53,287 nucleotides of DNA, taken from Octopus bimaculoides. Lineage: Eukaryota. The position numbers and the translations under genes were made by a program. This document shows positions 50,430 to 53,287 of this stretch, piece after piece (the stretch's first letter is position 1; each line of letters opens with the position of its first letter). Under the pieces are notes generated by a model. It searched no databases and had not been told where the DNA came from. It saw only the letters and a list, made by a program, of their open reading frames with translations. The stretch is from positions 92,881,833 to 92,935,119 of the forward strand of contig NC_068990.1 in NCBI RefSeq assembly GCF_001194135.2, given 5' to 3'.

Positions 50430-51190
50430 ATAGAAAAATATGGTGGTCAGAACTATTCTCTTGCAACAAGACAATATCCCACAATGCACCAGTGCTGAGT
50501 CCCACATTTGGGATAGTTGGTCTGTAGAGGCAATCCACTCCATAGACGTTAAAACCCGTAAGATACTGACATCAACTGGATATCTCTATAGGAATTATGA
50601 TATTGGACAGGTTCTACCAAAGAAGAGATAAAGGAATTGGAGAGTTGAGATGAGTGCAAACAGCCTTTTAATGTCGTCTCTCTCAGACAGCGCTTGCCAA
50701 ACAACAACAGCAAAACATAAATACATTAACTTAGTGCTGGAAAGTGAAGAGAACAGTATCCTACGTGTTGGTTGTGGAGCTCCTCAGGAAGCATTCACTT
50801 CCTGGTGACCTTCCAAATCCGCCAGACTAATATACCGCCAAGAAGACCTGGAGGTGAGCCATTCAGTATACCAAACAAGAAGACCATTCATGGGTATGTT
50901 TCTCGAAGTCTTGAAGAAGACAGTAATATTGACACGAAGCGAAGACTCTCTTGGACTTGTGACCGCTACATCACATCGCACTTCGAAGGCAATGTCTTTG
51001 CAATCTAAGAAAAGAGGAGATTGCTACTAAATACCTAATCAACAAAAGAGAGAGTGGAGTACCAAGATGCGACCAAAAATGTAGTCATATTTGTGTCATA
51101 TTTCTGTGGAAGACATCACACATTCTGATTAACAGCTGCTCAAAACTGTCATCCGACACGACGCTGTCGCAAAGACAATACACAATGCCG
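50430..51190 (+). mobile_element. R4/NeSL-like (RLE-type) non-LTR retrotransposon fragment, frameshifted
   Basis: IDVKTRKILTSTGYLYRNYDIGQVLPK resembles LDRKTRKLLT..G.LH...DV.RLYLP. Downstream EIATKYL...KCSHIC..VEDITHI..NSCSKL...RHDAVAKTIHNA is the CCHC/RHD signature preceding the restriction-like endonuclease. Confidence 0.75.
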
Positions 51191-51500
51191 TCCTGTCCAC
51201 ATTTAACGATAATCTTTGCAAACGATTCCTCAGCTTACCCGGGGACCGCCCACAAATTACCCTTACGACACCTTTACTCATCGATGTCCCACGTCTGTCC
51301 TGGTTTCAGAATAAGTACAGCACAGTCTGCAAGTCGTAAGAGGTTACCAAAGAGATTAGCAAGAGAAAGGGCGTCCAATTGTAAAAGAAGCAGTCCAACT
51401 CATGCCAGCATAAAAAAAGGGACATAAAATGACGACGACGACGAAGACGACGACGGCGATGATGATGATAATGATGATGATGATGATGATGATGGAAATG

Positions 51501-51532
<32 letters not shown>

Positions 51533-52070
51533 GATGATGGTAGTAACGATGAAGAGAACGACAACGACCGTATGCTGCCGCTGCCGATGACCGGGCATTG
51601 AAGAAAGCAAAACCACTTTTACAAACTTCGAATAAAGCAGAATGGAATGAGTTACACTAAGAGAGAGAAACAAGGCTTTTAGGCTTCACCACCACCNNNN
51701 NNNNNNNNNNNNNNNNNNNNNNNNNNNNNNNNNNNNNNNNNNNNNNNNNNNNNNNNNNNNNNNNNNNNNNNNNNNNNNNNNNNNNNNNNNNNNNNNNNNN
51801 NNNNNNNNNNNNNNNNNNNNNNNNNNNNNNNNNNNNNNNNNNNNNNNNNNNNNNNNNNNNNAAAAAAAAAAAAAATGAAAACTGGGAAATATTTGTGTCA
51901 CGAAATTAATAGTAAAATACTTCAGAATGATTAGCAACATCAGTCCACAATAAGAACCGAAAATAATATCCATCCCGTTCGCCCCCACACCAACAGAAGG
52001 CTAACTAACTTATCTGATGGATTTCAAAAGTCAGCCATCAAAAGTAAAGCTAAATAAAACAGACAGGAAG

Positions 52071-52103
<33 letters not shown>

Positions 52104-52660
52104 CAAAGAAAAAGTATTTCTTTGACCCTTTGCTTCCACCAGGTGCCCATGAAAAGCAATAGCGAGGTCTAAAATCTCATAATTTCCAAGCCCAGACCTG
52201 TTAGCTACAACAATCTTCAAATCCCAAACGACTGATTTAAAAACGAATGGCCATACTGGAAATGTAGTTCTAAATACACTGTATTATAAATTTAAAGGAG
52301 AAAAAAGAAAAACAACGACCATAGCTGTGACGTTTCTGATCAAAGACCTGATGAACTGGTGTAGCTCGATGGACAAGGGATAAACAAATCCTGTTATTCA
52401 CAGAAATGGTTGAAGAAACTGGAGAAGATATCATTGGCATGAACATAATATTCAAACACAGTTTATTTTTGGTCCCTTTTAAGTAGACATTCTTCATCCA
52501 CAAGTATGTATCACACGCTTTTTAACAGGAGCAACGTAAGATCGGCTGAAAGAGATCTATAATATCGCATAGTTTGATTCATATACTCACTCTACAGACA
52601 AATGCATGAGTGTATATTTTTGTGACTCCAAGATTCTTGGACTATATATATATATAGATA

Positions 52661-53249
52661 CGAGATGCGCTGAAAAGGCATCCGACTTTATTTTTTCCCG
52701 ACAAAATCCTTGAGGTGAGAGGAGATGCCATCCTTCCTGCGCAAGCAAGAAAACTTTCACGCCAGTAGGCCGTATCAGTTCCCGGATGTTACGCCTAGTG
52801 CTCGCTCCTCGGATTTTCGTTTTCACCGAACGAATCGAGCAGAGATATTGCATCATCTCTTGCCAAAAGCTTGGTGATACTCAAGCTCAAACCTTCTAGA
52901 AGATTCAGCAAGCGTTCAGCGATGACGCCATGGGCAAATCTCAGATCAAGGTAGAACCGCTTCAAACATGGCCGCACCTCAGTGGAGAGCGAGGCACGCT
53001 CAGCTAGGCCAACCACAAGCCGACATGAGGAGCCGATTGAGAACGTTCGGCGAACGGTCTTGTAAGACCGTCGGGTAACAATCCAGGAAATTGCTCACGG
53101 AGTGAGAATAAGCATATAATTAGTGAATTCTATCTTAACGGAGGATTTGTGCACGCGGAGAGTGTCGGCAAAATTTGTCCTTACGGTGCTGGCCGCGGGG
53201 CATTAGTTTTGGCGAGAAAAATAGTCAGATACTTTTCGAACGCACCTCG
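52661..53249 (+). mobile_element. Internally deleted mariner transposon (589 bp), both TIRs, TA TSD
   Basis: Left TA|CGAGATGCGCTGAAAAGGCATCCGACTTT vs reverse complement of right end TA|CGAGGTGCGTTCGAAAAGTATCTGACTATT. Pseudo-ORF from about 52825: EQRYCI..CQKLGDTQAQTF*KIQQAFSDDAMGKSQIK..RFKHGRTSVESEARSARP...DRRVTIQEIA...RRVSAKFV. No DD34D domain. Confidence 0.92.

Positions 53250-53287
<38 letters not shown>

Noticed and set aside
52396-52503. AG...GTATGT-bounded plus-strand segment
   Set aside because: Stops in all three frames; no supporting neighbours.

Overview
Eukaryotic, AT-rich, repeat-dense genomic DNA with 7 assembly gaps. The SINE/LINE families and (CA)n/(TA)n/(CAT)n load look like an octopus (cephalopod) draft assembly; this is inference, not a database result. 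The only gene I can identify firmly is TSC1 (hamartin) on the minus strand. I reconstructed 14 GT-AG coding exons (13273 down to 353; 2387 nt, about 795 codons, all phases consistent), and the 3' end lies outside the window. Upstream (about 14.5-15.8 kb) is a probable promoter region with a degenerate 22-bp array and a CRE palindrome. The remaining ~37 kb is mostly tRNA-derived SINEs, RTE and R4-like LINE fragments, mariner relics, Penelope-like ends with hammerhead-like motifs, and mini/microsatellites. It also holds a few unassigned exon-like segments, the best being a candidate spliced gene on the minus strand at 21-30 kb. Nearly all ORFs in the supplied track outside TSC1 are microsatellite or gap artefacts. 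I found no convincing novel multi-gene system; the leads worth testing are listed as findings.
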